The notes: generated by a model from the sequence alone, not told the origin. Positions 52,315-61,986 are shown, counted from the first letter of the stretch. The stretch: 64,000 nucleotides of DNA from Terriglobia bacterium (GCA_963748015.1 CAVVHE010000005.1:416001-480000), one strand, 5' to 3'. Program-made: numbers and translations.

Positions 52315-53712
52315 TCAGCTGACGAGCTTGTTCTTGCTCCAGCGCGGGCTCTTGATCTCGTACTTCGCGACCTTGTAGTTCATCACCCGTGACGAGATCC
52401 CGAGGAAGCTCGCCGCGTCCTTCTGCACCCAGTTGCTGATCCGCAGGGCCTCGAGGATCGCGAGCTTCTCGAGGTCGTCGAGGTTGATCCCGTTGGGAGG
52501 GAGCCGCAGGTTGAGCGAGGTCACGTTGTCCCCCGCGGGCGACGCGGCGCCGGCCGGGAACAGGTTGAGGTCCTCGTCGTTGATGAAGTGGCCCTCGCAC
52601 ATCAGGACCGCCCGCTCGATCGCGTTCTCGAGCTCGCGGATGTTCCCCGGCCACGTGTGGCGCTTCAGGCTCTTGACCGCGTTCGGCTCGAGGCCCCGAA
52701 CGTCCTTCTTCAGCTCCGCGGCGAAGCGCTGGATGAAGTAGCTCGCCAGCGGGACGATGTCTTCCTTCCTCTCGCGAAGCGCGGGGACCTTGAGGTTCAC
52801 CACGTTGAGGCGGTAGTAGAGGTCCTCGCGGAAGTCGCCGCGCCGGACCTCGTCCTCGAGGTTCTTGTTGGTGGCGGCGACCACGCGGACGTCCACCTTG
52901 ATCGTCCGGGAGCCGCCGAGCCGCTCGAACTCGCGCTCCTGGAGGACCCTCAGCACCTTGGTCTGGGTGGACGCGCTCATGTTCCCGATCTCGTCCAGGA
53001 AGAGCGTCCCCTCGTTGGCCAGCTCGAACCGGCCGGTCCGCTGCCGGTCGGCCCCGGTGAAGGCCCCGCGCTCGTGGCCGAACAGCTCGGACTCGAGCAG
53101 GCTCTCGTGGAGCGCCGCGCAGTTCATCTTCACGAACGGGCGGTCGGCGCGGCTGGAGTTGCGGTGGAGCGCTTCCGCGACGAGCTCCTTCCCGACGCCG
53201 GTCTCCCCGAGGATGATCACGGTCGCGTTGGAGCGCGCGACCTTCTCGATCGTGCGGAAGACTTCCTTCATCTGCGGGCTCTCGCCCACGATGTTCTCGA
53301 ACTTCGGGATGATCGTCTCGCGGTCGTAGGCCTGGAGCCTGACGATGAGGCGGCGGTGCTCGAGCGCCCGCTCGACCTTCATCTCGAGCTCCTCGAGGTC
53401 GAACGGCTTGAGCGCGTAGTCGAACGCGCCGGCCTTCATCGCCTCGACGGCGGACTCGACGGTGCCGTAGGCGGTCATCACGACCGCGACGGTCCCCTCG
53501 TTGAGCATCTTGCAGCGCTTCAGGACCTCGAGGCCGCTCCGGTCGGGCATCTTGTAGTCGGTCAGGAGGACGTCGAAGACTTCCTCCTCGAGGCGCGCGA
53601 TCGCCTGCCCGGCGTCCGCGGCTTCGGAGACCTGCCAGTCGCGGTCGCGGAACGCCGCGGCGATCCCCTCGCGAAGGGTCGGTTCGTCCTCGGCGACCAG
53701 GATTTTCTTCAT
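52315..53712 (-). CDS. Sigma-54-dependent response regulator (NtrC/PilR/AtoC-like)
   Basis: REC domain (TDYKMP, MTAYG, KPF), GETGVGKE, GAFTGA, WPGNIREL, HTH. Confidence 0.93.
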   Translation of the reverse strand: MKKILVAEDEPTLREGIAAAFRDRDWQVSEAADAGQAIARLEEEVFDVLLTDYKMPDRSGLEVLKRCKMLNEGTVAVVMTAYGTVESAVEAMKAGAFDYALKPFDLEELEMKVERALEHRRLIVRLQAYDRETIIPKFENIVGESPQMKEVFRTIEKVARSNATVIILGETGVGKELVAEALHRNSSRADRPFVKMNCAALHESLLESELFGHERGAFTGADRQRTGRFELANEGTLFLDEIGNMSASTQTKVLRVLQEREFERLGGSRTIKVDVRVVAATNKNLEDEVRRGDFREDLYYRLNVVNLKVPALRERKEDIVPLASYFIQRFAAELKKDVRGLEPNAVKSLKRHTWPGNIRELENAIERAVLMCEGHFINDEDLNLFPAGAASPAGDNVTSLNLRLPPNGINLDDLEKLAILEALRISNWVQKDAASFLGISSRVMNYKVAKYEIKSPRWSKNKLVS

Positions 53713-54887
53713 GCGCTCACTCCGCCGCCGCCCCCAACCATCGGAATGCGGACGGTGAACACGGCGCCGGCCCCCGGCCGGCCGTCGACGTCGATCAGGC
53801 CCCGATGGCTGTCCACGATCTTTTTCGCCATGGAAAGCCCCACGCCGGAACCCTGCTTCTTCGTGGTGAAAAACGGGTAGAACAGCTTGTCCCGGTGCTC
53901 GTCGGAGATCCCGGGGCCCGTGTCCGAGACCCTGACGGTGAGATAGCGGTCGAACAGCTGCCACGGGTCGCCGCCGGCGGCGCCCGCGGGACGGTAGGGA
54001 ATGCTCGCGGCGGCGGGGGCCGGCGTCAGGGACGTCTCGACGACGAGGATCCCCTTCCCGCCCATGGCCTCCATGGCGTTGAGGAAGATGTTCTCGAACA
54101 CCTGCCGGAGCTGGCCGCGGTCCATCAGGCACGCCGGGATCCCCTCGGCGAAGCGTCGCTCGATCTCCATGCCGGGCCCTCCCACGCGGCCGGAGGCGAC
54201 GCCGAGCGCCTCCTCGAGCACCGGCTCGATGCGCGCGGGAGCGAGGGAGAGGGACAGCGGCCGGACGAACTCGAGGCTCGACGTGATCGTGCGATCGAGC
54301 CGGCGCACCTCGGCGATGATCTTGTCGAGGAGGTCCTTGCCGGCCGTCTCCGCCGAGAGCCTGCGCTTCAGGAGCGAGCAGCTGACCTCGATCGCGGCGA
54401 GCGGGTTGCGGATCTCGTGGGCCAGGTTGGCGGACATCTGCCCGAGCGCGGCGAGCCGGTCGCGCAGCCGCTCCTGCTCTTCCTTGTGCTCGACGTGGGT
54501 GAGGTCCTTGAAGAAGATCGCGGCGCCGAGGGGCGCGCCGTCCTCTCCCGGCACGAGCGAGAGCGTGAAGCCGATCGTCTTCCCCTTCGTCGAGCGGGTG
54601 GTCAGATCGATCTCGGCCCGGTTGGGCAGGCTCGACATGCTGAACGACTCGCGGAGGATCCGGACGAGCTGCGGGTGGTCTCCTAGCGCGGCCTCGACCG
54701 GCGCGCCCCGGTGCGGCGCGTCCGCGAGGTCCAGGATCTGCCGCGCGGGATCGTTGATGAGGACGATGCGTCCCTCGCGGTCGATCGTGAGGACGCCGCA
54801 CCTCATTCCGCTGACGAGGCCCCGGTAGAACCGGTCCTCCTCGAGAGCAGTGGCCCGCGCGGCGAACTCGCCGCACACCCCGGCCAT
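53709..54887 (-). CDS. Cytoplasmic PAS sensor histidine kinase (NtrB/PilS-like)
   Basis: PAS-like N-terminus, LAHEIRNPL, DTGPG, PFFTTK..GSGVGL; no TM segment seen. Confidence 0.9.
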   Translation of the reverse strand: MAGVCGEFAARATALEEDRFYRGLVSGMRCGVLTIDREGRIVLINDPARQILDLADAPHRGAPVEAALGDHPQLVRILRESFSMSSLPNRAEIDLTTRSTKGKTIGFTLSLVPGEDGAPLGAAIFFKDLTHVEHKEEQERLRDRLAALGQMSANLAHEIRNPLAAIEVSCSLLKRRLSAETAGKDLLDKIIAEVRRLDRTITSSLEFVRPLSLSLAPARIEPVLEEALGVASGRVGGPGMEIERRFAEGIPACLMDRGQLRQVFENIFLNAMEAMGGKGILVVETSLTPAPAAASIPYRPAGAAGGDPWQLFDRYLTVRVSDTGPGISDEHRDKLFYPFFTTKKQGSGVGLSMAKKIVDSHRGLIDVDGRPGAGAVFTVRIPMVGGGGGVSA

Positions 54888-55056
54888 CGGAATCGAGACC
54901 TCCCCTCGGCAGGCGGACCCGCCGATCTCGAACGCTGCGTGCTCGGACCCGTTACGAAGGTGGAATTTAGGTTCCGGACCTGCGGGAGGCAAGCCGTGGG
55001 CGGGTTTTGGACCGATCTCCCCCCGCGCCCTCATCGGCTCCCCCCGGTCCCCGGGC

Positions 55057-55635
55057 TCAGCTCCCCTGGAGCGAGCCGGCGTACCAGCCGACCCCGGGGA
55101 TCGCCGTCCCCGCGCTGTCGATGAGCGCGGCGTTCTGGACCTTGATCTTGTAGGTTCCCGTCGCTTTCACGCGGAACGTCAGTTTCACCAGGGTCTGGGG
55201 CGTCGTGACGTTCACGCCGGCCACCGCTCCGGTGCGGGAGGCGCCCACGACGACCGGCCACACCCCCGTGGCCGTCGCCGTGTAGTTCGGGGCGTTGCCA
55301 CCCTGCTCCAGGAGGGAGCCCGCCGACGGCTGGACGAACTCCACGTTCGCCGGGATGCAGCCGTCCGTCGAGTCGCACGCGACCTCGAACGCCGCGCCGT
55401 TGACCCCGCTCGTCCCGGACACGTTGACCTGCACGGTGACGAGATCGTCGGACACAGCGCTCTGCGCCATCGTGACGGTGAGGGCGCTCGTCGGACTCGG
55501 CGCGCTGGGATCCGGCGCGAAGCTCGCGGTGATGGGGTTCGGCCCCGGGCCGATCGTGCCGCCGCTCGATCCGCCGCCACAGGAAAGGGCGGCAGCCACC
55601 AGGGCAAGGACCGCTAGGTGCATGGCGCGCGTCAT
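55057..55635 (-). CDS. Lipoprotein with cohesin-like beta-sandwich domain
   Basis: Lipobox ALSC, Gly linker, VTVQVNV..GAAFEV, AGSLL, LVKLTFRVKATG. Confidence 0.65.
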   Translation of the reverse strand: MTRAMHLAVLALVAAALSCGGGSSGGTIGPGPNPITASFAPDPSAPSPTSALTVTMAQSAVSDDLVTVQVNVSGTSGVNGAAFEVACDSTDGCIPANVEFVQPSAGSLLEQGGNAPNYTATATGVWPVVVGASRTGAVAGVNVTTPQTLVKLTFRVKATGTYKIKVQNAALIDSAGTAIPGVGWYAGSLQGS

Positions 55636-55666
55636 GGTCCGGCTTCCTCCTGTATCGAGCTCGAGA

Positions 55667-56500
55667 TCAGAAATGGCATACCGGCCGGGGTGTCTTGGCC
55701 ACCCACGCCGAGCCGGACCAGAACTTGCCGAAAGCGCTTCCTACATACGCCAGGTCGCTGCCGTCCACCGCGCCGTCGCCGTCGATGTCCGCGTCGGGCT
55801 GATAGACGCTGTCCCCCGCGTGGCTCCCGAAGACCACGGAGAGGGCGTTCGTGTCCCAGCCGTCGAGCCAGCCGGTCGTGCAGTCGTATCCCTTGTCGAG
55901 ATCGAAGCGCGCGGGGTTGACCTGGACCCCGAAGGCCTGCGTCTTCGAGAGCGTCGTGCCGCTGGGGTTCGTCACGGTGAGCGTGAACCAGCCGACCTCC
56001 GCCGCGCGAATGCCGGGACCCGTGGGCATGACGGTCGCGGCGGCCTGGAGGTGGTTGCAGGCGAGCCGCGTCGGGTTGTCGAGGAACACGTTCGGGTTGT
56101 CGACCGTCACGGTGGCGCCGGGCTCGAAGTTGTTGCCGGTGAGATCGAGGGTGAACTGGGCGCCCTGGATCGCCACCGAGGGGCTCGCGGCCCCGACCAC
56201 GGGCCGTGGATAGGCGGCGACCTCCGCGGAGAACCCCGACTCGCCCACGCTGTTGAACGCCTTCACGGCGAAGTAGTAGGTCGTGCAGTCCGTGAGGGTG
56301 TCGACGGTGGCCCCGGTGGAGTAAACCTCTTTCGGCGTCGATCCGTACTGCCCGGAGGCGGTTCCCCAGTAGACGCGATAGCCGGATGCTCCCGTGGAGG
56401 GATCCCAGGTGAGATCGATGGTTGCCGCGTGGAGCAACACGGGAAGCGAAGCGAGGACGCTCGCTATCCCTACCAGGCGGATGACCCTGCGAACGACCAT
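55667..56500 (-). CDS. Secreted FN3 + IPT/TIG + dockerin-like protein
   Basis: LTWD..GYRVYWG..YYFAVKAFN..ES (FN3), TGNNFEPGATV..TVTNP (IPT), DIDGDGAVDGSDL..FG with a preceding degenerate EF repeat (dockerin); GGAGGA RBS. Confidence 0.78.
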   Translation of the reverse strand: MVVRRVIRLVGIASVLASLPVLLHAATIDLTWDPSTGASGYRVYWGTASGQYGSTPKEVYSTGATVDTLTDCTTYYFAVKAFNSVGESGFSAEVAAYPRPVVGAASPSVAIQGAQFTLDLTGNNFEPGATVTVDNPNVFLDNPTRLACNHLQAAATVMPTGPGIRAAEVGWFTLTVTNPSGTTLSKTQAFGVQVNPARFDLDKGYDCTTGWLDGWDTNALSVVFGSHAGDSVYQPDADIDGDGAVDGSDLAYVGSAFGKFWSGSAWVAKTPRPVCHF

Positions 56501-56547
56501 TTGAGAATCCTCCAAGACGGGCCGGTCGGGCCCCCGCCCTAGACTCA

Positions 56548-56562
56548 GCAACCGAGATGCCA
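56548..56562 (-). promoter_or_regulatory. Sigma-54 (-24/-12) promoter
   Basis: Minus strand TGGCATC-TCGG-TTGC(T), GG-N10-GC, ~50 bp upstream of the ATG at 56500. Confidence 0.75.
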
Positions 56563-57282
56563 TCGAGGTCTTTTCGGGATCGAGCGCGATGCCCAGGCCG
56601 AATAGCCCGATTCGCGTGGCTTTTGGCGCGGATTGGAGGTGTTTCTGGACCTTGCCCCCGCCGGGCAGACATTGGCTTCAGATTTCAAAAGTGCAATTTC
56701 TTCCACGGGCGGGTAATACCGACCTTTCGTTTCCTCCTTCGGGTTCGTGATCCGGGTCCGCCTTCGGCCGCTCGAGCGATCGTCGGGGCTTGCGGGCCTG
56801 CCGTGGTCGGGGTCAGGGACGACCTGATGTCACCCGCGGGCCCCCCATCGGGACTCGATGACACCTCCCCCTCCTCGTCAGATTAGCACGACCCTGCGGC
56901 CGGTGGTGCAACCCTCGCGGGCGACGCTCGGGTGGAGCCGAGAGGCAATGGCCTCGATCCCAGAACCCCCGACAACTCGGGAAAGAGGAGGAATCAGCAA
57001 TTTGCTATGGACAACGCGGGAGTCCGGCGGTACCTCTCTAGTAGGCACGCCAGCGAGCATCCTCGACCGCGGGTCGGTCGCGAAAATAGGCAGTTCGAGA
57101 GCCTGGGCGTTGGCATGGGATGGGCTTTCCAACCGGGGTCGCTCATTCAGGACGGGCGGTTCCCCTCGTCGCGTTCGATGAGCAAGTGTGCCCGCGCCCC
57201 CCGCGAGCGAAGGCGCGAGAGAGGCCGGTCTTCCATGGTGAAGCACACGCCGGGGACCTCCCCGGCGAAAAGGAGTGAGCAG

Positions 57283-58101
57283 ATGAGAAAATTCTTCTTT
57301 GGGTTGGCGGTCGCCGGGCTTCTGGCGGCCGGGGGGTCCCTCTCATCGGACGTGCAGGCGTGTCCGTATGCATGCTGCCTGCCGGACAACACCTGCGTGG
57401 AGGTCGAATCTCAGGAGTTCTGTTGGGCACAGGATGGCACTGCCTTCGGCGGCTACTGCGCCGACCTGACCTGCGGCGGGGTTCCCGACGGCTGCCGGAT
57501 GACCGGTGGCGGCGTGGACACGTTCTTCAACTGGAATGGAACGATGGCCACCGGAACGGATGATCCCGACCGCTACACGTTCGGCGGTCAAGTCGGAGCC
57601 CCCACGGCGGCCCAGCCGTCCCCCCACGGCGAGTGGACCCACCACCAGCAGAGCGGGCCGGATGGGTACTTCGTGTTCCACGCCGGCACCTCGAGCGCGC
57701 CTGCGGAAACCAGGATTGCGCGGGTGGACTGCAGTGATCCCGGCTGGTGCAACCCCGCGCGCCAGGCCCCGGACAAGCAGATCGACTATGTGGGTATCGG
57801 GGCGTTCAAGAACATCAGGAAACCTTCCGCCCCGCTGATGGGGGTGATTCCGGGCGTGACCTTCCATTGGTTCGAAGCCCACGTCGAAGACCTGGGCGAA
57901 CCCGGCAAGGGCGGAAAGGTAGAGCCGCCGGCGTCCTACTGCCCGCCCGAGGGCTCGGCTGGAGCGATTGCCGACTGCGACTGCCCCGACTTCTACTCCT
58001 TCACGATTCACGCGGACACGAGTCCCGCCTCGGCAATCATTTACCACGTGCACGGTTACATCACCGGAGGCAACCTGCAGATCCATCCCCCGATTCAGTA
58101 G
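57283..58101 (+). CDS. Secreted Cys-rich protein with C-terminal TGGG...GEPG...GGNLQIH domain
   Basis: AGGAG RBS, signal peptide, ACCLPDNTC..C..C repeat. Confidence 0.72.
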   Translation: MRKFFFGLAVAGLLAAGGSLSSDVQACPYACCLPDNTCVEVESQEFCWAQDGTAFGGYCADLTCGGVPDGCRMTGGGVDTFFNWNGTMATGTDDPDRYTFGGQVGAPTAAQPSPHGEWTHHQQSGPDGYFVFHAGTSSAPAETRIARVDCSDPGWCNPARQAPDKQIDYVGIGAFKNIRKPSAPLMGVIPGVTFHWFEAHVEDLGEPGKGGKVEPPASYCPPEGSAGAIADCDCPDFYSFTIHADTSPASAIIYHVHGYITGGNLQIHPPIQ

Positions 58102-58188
58102 TGAAGGAAAAGCTCGCGGATCGCGTCGGCGGCCGCGCCATTTTCGGGCTCTCAAGTCGCTTGTTTGCTTGCGTTTCGAAAAGGAGAC

Positions 58189-58217
58189 TTGACTGATCCG
58201 CTTGTTTGCGGTATAAA
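58189..58217 (+). promoter_or_regulatory. Putative sigma-70 promoter of the peptide/PqqD/kinase cassette
   Basis: TTGACT-17 bp-TATAAA. Confidence 0.6.
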
Positions 58218-58340
58218 CTATTCTAGAGGTTGGGTCTGGCTTCGGGATGCTAGCGTGTTTACGTGTCCTGCGGCAGGATCTACTTCTTGGTCTCGTCCCT
58301 GCATGACGACCCCGGACAACGCGGGAGACGAGGAGGGTGG

Positions 58341-58625
58341 ATGAGCACTGAAAATGGCCTTCCCCAGGAAGTCCGTTCCGAGAACGATAGCGAACTGGAT
58401 CGCGTCGAATCGAGGCGCCGCCTTCTGAAAGCCGGCCTCGTGGCCGTGCCGTTCCTGGTGACCCTCCATGCCCTGCCGGCCCGCGCCGGTGGAGCTCGCG
58501 GACAGGGCTCGCTGGGTGTTTACGGATACGGTGACGACCGCGACAGGGGTGGCGGCCACGGCAAGGGCGGCGGCAAGGGCGGCGGCAGGGGCTCCAGCAA
58601 GACTTCGCAGGGAGACAACCGATAG
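58341..58625 (+). CDS. Small Tat-like leader, Gly-rich peptide (candidate precursor/substrate)
   Basis: AGGAGG RBS; SRRRLLK + GLVAVPFLVTL + ARA; Gly/Ser/Tyr/Lys-rich tail. Confidence 0.7.
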   Translation: MSTENGLPQEVRSENDSELDRVESRRRLLKAGLVAVPFLVTLHALPARAGGARGQGSLGVYGYGDDRDRGGGHGKGGGKGGGRGSSKTSQGDNR

Positions 58626-58796
58626 GGCCGAGCTCCGGATCCTCGCCGTCGATCTTCCATCCCGAGGACGCAAGCACCTCCTCTCGAAATCCTCGACATC
58701 GCGCGAAGGCGTTGATCCGTCGTGCTCGCGTCGCCTTTCGCGGATGTGGATGAAAGCCGCTTGCCCCGCGACCTCCACAACGCATAACCTGACGAC

Positions 58797-59096
58797 GTGA
58801 TCCACGATCGTGTCGTTTGGCGCGTTGCGTCTCGCACGCCGCTGAGGTGGCGCGGTTGGGACGGCGAGTGGGTGGTGTATCACCCGGATTCCGGCGACAC
58901 GCACCTGCTCGACCCGCTGGCCGCGGAGGCCCTCCGGTCGCTCGAGGCCTCGCCGGCCGGTGCCGCCGCGCTCGTCGAGCGCCTTGCCGGCGGCACGGAC
59001 GCCACCGCCGCCGAGGAGCTTCCTGCGGCTGTCGAGCGTTTGTTGCGCGCCTTCGACGAGGTCGGTTTGATCGAGCCGGTCGATGATCCTGCGTGA
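58797..59096 (+). CDS. PqqD-family peptide chaperone (RRE), HPr-rel-A system type
   Basis: WDGEWVVYHPDSGDTHLLD...L..F..VGLI; overlaps the kinase start. Confidence 0.85.
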   Translation: MIHDRVVWRVASRTPLRWRGWDGEWVVYHPDSGDTHLLDPLAAEALRSLEASPAGAAALVERLAGGTDATAAEELPAAVERLLRAFDEVGLIEPVDDPA

Positions 59097-59994
59097 GCTG
59101 AGCGAGTCCGCGCAGTTCGCTCGCCTGCGGGGCGCAGGGATCGTCCTGGACACCGGGCCGTTCTCCGTACGAATCCGCGGCTCGATTCCCGAGCTGGCGG
59201 GACCGATGCGTCTCCTCTACGGGAACCACACGATCGCGAGCGAGGGAGCGATCGTGGACGCGGACGTTCGCATCGAGCCACCCCCCTCCCTTCGCCGCTG
59301 GTTTGCGCGCCAGGTCGTCGCCTACATCGACGGCGAGCGCCCGTTCCATCCTTTCCCGCGACGACTCGCCTTTCCCATGCTGGAGTGGGTGCTGAACTGG
59401 TGCCTGTTCAACCGGCCGCACCAGTACCTCGTCCTTCACTCGGCCGCCGTGGAGCGCGGCGGGCGCGCCTTGCTCCTGCCGGGGGAGCCGGGGGCCGGCA
59501 AGAGCACGCTCTGCGCCGCACTGATCCTCCGCGGCTGGCGGCTGCTGTCGGACGAGGTCGCGATCGTCCGCCCCTCGACCGGCGAGATCCTCGCTGTTCC
59601 GAGGCCCGTGGCCCTCAAGGAGGAATCGCTCGACGTCATCCGCGCCTTCGAGCCGTCGGCGATGCTCGGCCCCTCGTTCCCCGAGACCCGCAAGGGCACC
59701 GTCACCCATCTCCAGCCACCGGCGGACAGCGTCGACCGATCGCGCGAAACCGCCGCCCCCCGGTGGATCGTCTTCCCGCGGCATGCCGCCGGAGCGCCCG
59801 CGAGCCTGCAGGCGGTCCGAAAGGCCGAGACGCTCCTGCGCGCGGGGAGGAACGGCTTCAACTACAGCTTGCTCGGAGCGGGTGGCTTCGAGAGCCTGGC
59901 CGACGTCGTGAGCGGCTGCGACGGGTACGATCTCGTTTACGGCGATCTCGGCGAGGCCGTGCGACGCCTCGCCGAGCTGGCGAAGGAAGCCTGA
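59083..59994 (+). CDS. HprK-related kinase A
   Basis: EWVLNWC, LHSAAV, GEPGAGKSTL, LLSDE, PRPVALK, TRKGTV.H, FNY. Confidence 0.88.
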   Translation: MILRELSESAQFARLRGAGIVLDTGPFSVRIRGSIPELAGPMRLLYGNHTIASEGAIVDADVRIEPPPSLRRWFARQVVAYIDGERPFHPFPRRLAFPMLEWVLNWCLFNRPHQYLVLHSAAVERGGRALLLPGEPGAGKSTLCAALILRGWRLLSDEVAIVRPSTGEILAVPRPVALKEESLDVIRAFEPSAMLGPSFPETRKGTVTHLQPPADSVDRSRETAAPRWIVFPRHAAGAPASLQAVRKAETLLRAGRNGFNYSLLGAGGFESLADVVSGCDGYDLVYGDLGEAVRRLAELAKEA

Positions 59995-59997
59995 GGG

Positions 59998-61132
59998 ATG
60001 CGGCCGGAAACCGGCGCGGGCGGCGATCGTTGGGCGGCGGGGCGCGAGATGCGCCTCGACGCCCTCCGCGACCCGCGCTCGCTCGCATCGCTCGGCGAGC
60101 CCGAGTGGGACCGGGTCCTGCGCGGCTACCGGAGAAAGGGGCTGCTCCCCGCGCTCGCGTTCGCCGTGGATTCCGCCGGGCTGTCGAGCGCCCTGCCGCG
60201 CAAGGTGCGGGAGCATCTGCTGGCGGCCCGGCTCGAGGGGGACGCCCACGCGCGGGTGATCCGCTGGGAGGCCAACCGGATCCGGCGCGCGCTTCGCGAC
60301 CTGCGGGTGGACGTCGTCGTCCTCAAGGGGGCCGCGTACGTCCTCGCCGGGCTCCCGCCGGGCCGAGGACGCCTGGTGCAGGACCTCGACGTGATGGTCC
60401 CGAAGGAGAAGCTGCCGGAAGTCGAGCGGGCTCTCCTGGAGGCGGGATGGGAGTGGGCGAACGAGGATCCGTACGACCAGCGCTACTACCGCGCCTGGAT
60501 GCACGAGCTGCCGCCGCTGCGCCACCGCACGCGGGACACCCTGCTCGACGTGCACCACACGATCCTCCCCGAGACGGGACGGTTGAGGCCGGATGCGCGC
60601 AAGCTGTTCGAGCAAGCGCGTCCGATCGGGGAGCCCGGGTTCCTGGTCCTCGCGCCCGTGGACATGGTCCTGCACGCGGCGGCCCACATGCTCTCGGACG
60701 AGACGCTCGGCGGTGCCGTGCGGGACCTCGTCGACCTCGACGCCTTGCTGAGGCACTTCGCGGCCGCGGAACCCGGCTTCTGGGACCGCCTCGTCCCGCG
60801 CGCACGCGAGCTCGATTTGTCGCGACCATTGTTCTACGCGCTGCGTTCCTGCGGCCGGATACTGGGCTCGCAGATTCCCGCCGCGGTGAACGCCGAACTC
60901 CGGCGGGCCGGGAAGCCGCCGTGGCCCGTCACCCGAATAATGGACGCTCTCCTCACGAGGTGCCTTCTGGGGAAAACGTGCGAGCGGGCGCGAGCGGGCA
61001 TCGCGGTCGCCGAGTGCTTCGTCTATATCCGGCGCTCACTGGCTGCGCATGCCGGCGTGGTTGCTGATCCCCCACCTCACCCGGAAGGCGGCGCGGCGCT
61101 ATCGTCGGGAGGACGATGACCCACCCCGGTAG
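59998..61132 (+). CDS. Nucleotidyltransferase family protein (apparent 1-bp frameshift near 61033)
   Basis: VVLKGAAY, R..DLDVMV, MHELPPL.H, DVHH; after YIR the shifted frame reads AHWLRMPAWLLIPHLTRK to TAG at 61130-61132. Confidence 0.82.
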
Positions 61133-61422
61133 CCGAAGGACGCATTGACGATCCCCGGATCCTGGGGTATAGACCTCACCAGGACGCTCGCGAGTTGCCG
61201 TGCGGCGCTCGAAGTGCGGGGGTTCTGGGCGGACTTAGGCGCATCGAGGAAGCCGTGGTTCGAATCGACCGAATGTCAGGGCGTGAACTCCCCGCGGGCC
61301 CACGTCGGGCCGCTTGTCGAGGCAGCGTGATGATCCCGGCGATCGGCCGGTGCGCCGCGCTTCGCGGCGACAGTTCCTCCGGTTCACGCGCCAGCAAGGC
61401 TGGGCGGATAAAGGAGCCATCC

Positions 61423-61723
61423 ATGCGAATGCAGGATCGTCTTGCTGCTCTCGACGCTTGCCCTGATCCTCGGGGCGACCTCCTGCCAGCAGCTTCCCGC
61501 ACCCCGCTCCACCGCGCCGGGAGCGCTCCAGACGGAGGACATCGCGTACGACGACGCGATCCCTCTGGACTACGGAACTCTCGTCGGCGTCACTTCTATT
61601 CCGGAAGGTCCGTACACCGCCGGGCTGTGGTTCGAGAAGGCGGACAAGACCATCGTTTTCGTCAAAGTCAACTTCTCTCTCGGAAAGGTCGACAATAGAG
61701 CACTGATCCTCCCGCGTCGATGA
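61423..61723 (+). CDS. Small lipoprotein (start probably displaced by a 1-bp indel)
   Basis: AAGGAG RBS before the ATG at 61423, which is one base out of frame with RIVLLLSTLALILGATSC (lipobox). Confidence 0.55.
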
Positions 61724-61758
61724 CGTGGCCACCATGAAGCAGAACAAGGAGATTCCCA

Positions 61759-61986
61759 ATGACTCTCGATAAGCTGTACTCCTTAGTCTCTCGGGTCTTC
61801 TTCTTCGGGGCCTTTGTGCTGTTGTGCCTGATTGTCGTGGAGAAGATCGCCAACATCCGCGGATTCACGATTCTCCACGGCTACAGCGGCGAGCGCGTCC
61901 TCGAGCTTGCCGGAGTCCTCGTGATCTTCGTGATCGCCATCCTGCTGCGGGAGATCCGGGAAGTACTGCAGGCGAAGAAGGCCTAA
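61759..61986 (+). CDS. Small two-TM membrane protein
   Basis: AAGGAG RBS; two hydrophobic helices. Confidence 0.7.
   Translation: MTLDKLYSLVSRVFFFGAFVLLCLIVVEKIANIRGFTILHGYSGERVLELAGVLVIFVIAILLREIREVLQAKKA

Noticed and set aside
56930..57000. c-di-AMP (ydaO) or c-di-GMP riboswitch
   Set aside because: Only a vague resemblance (CCCAGAACCCCCGACAACTCGG); the conserved core motifs could not be matched
58341..61132. Lasso peptide cluster
   Set aside because: No asparagine-synthetase-like cyclase or transglutaminase-like B protein; the precursor carries a Tat-like signal instead
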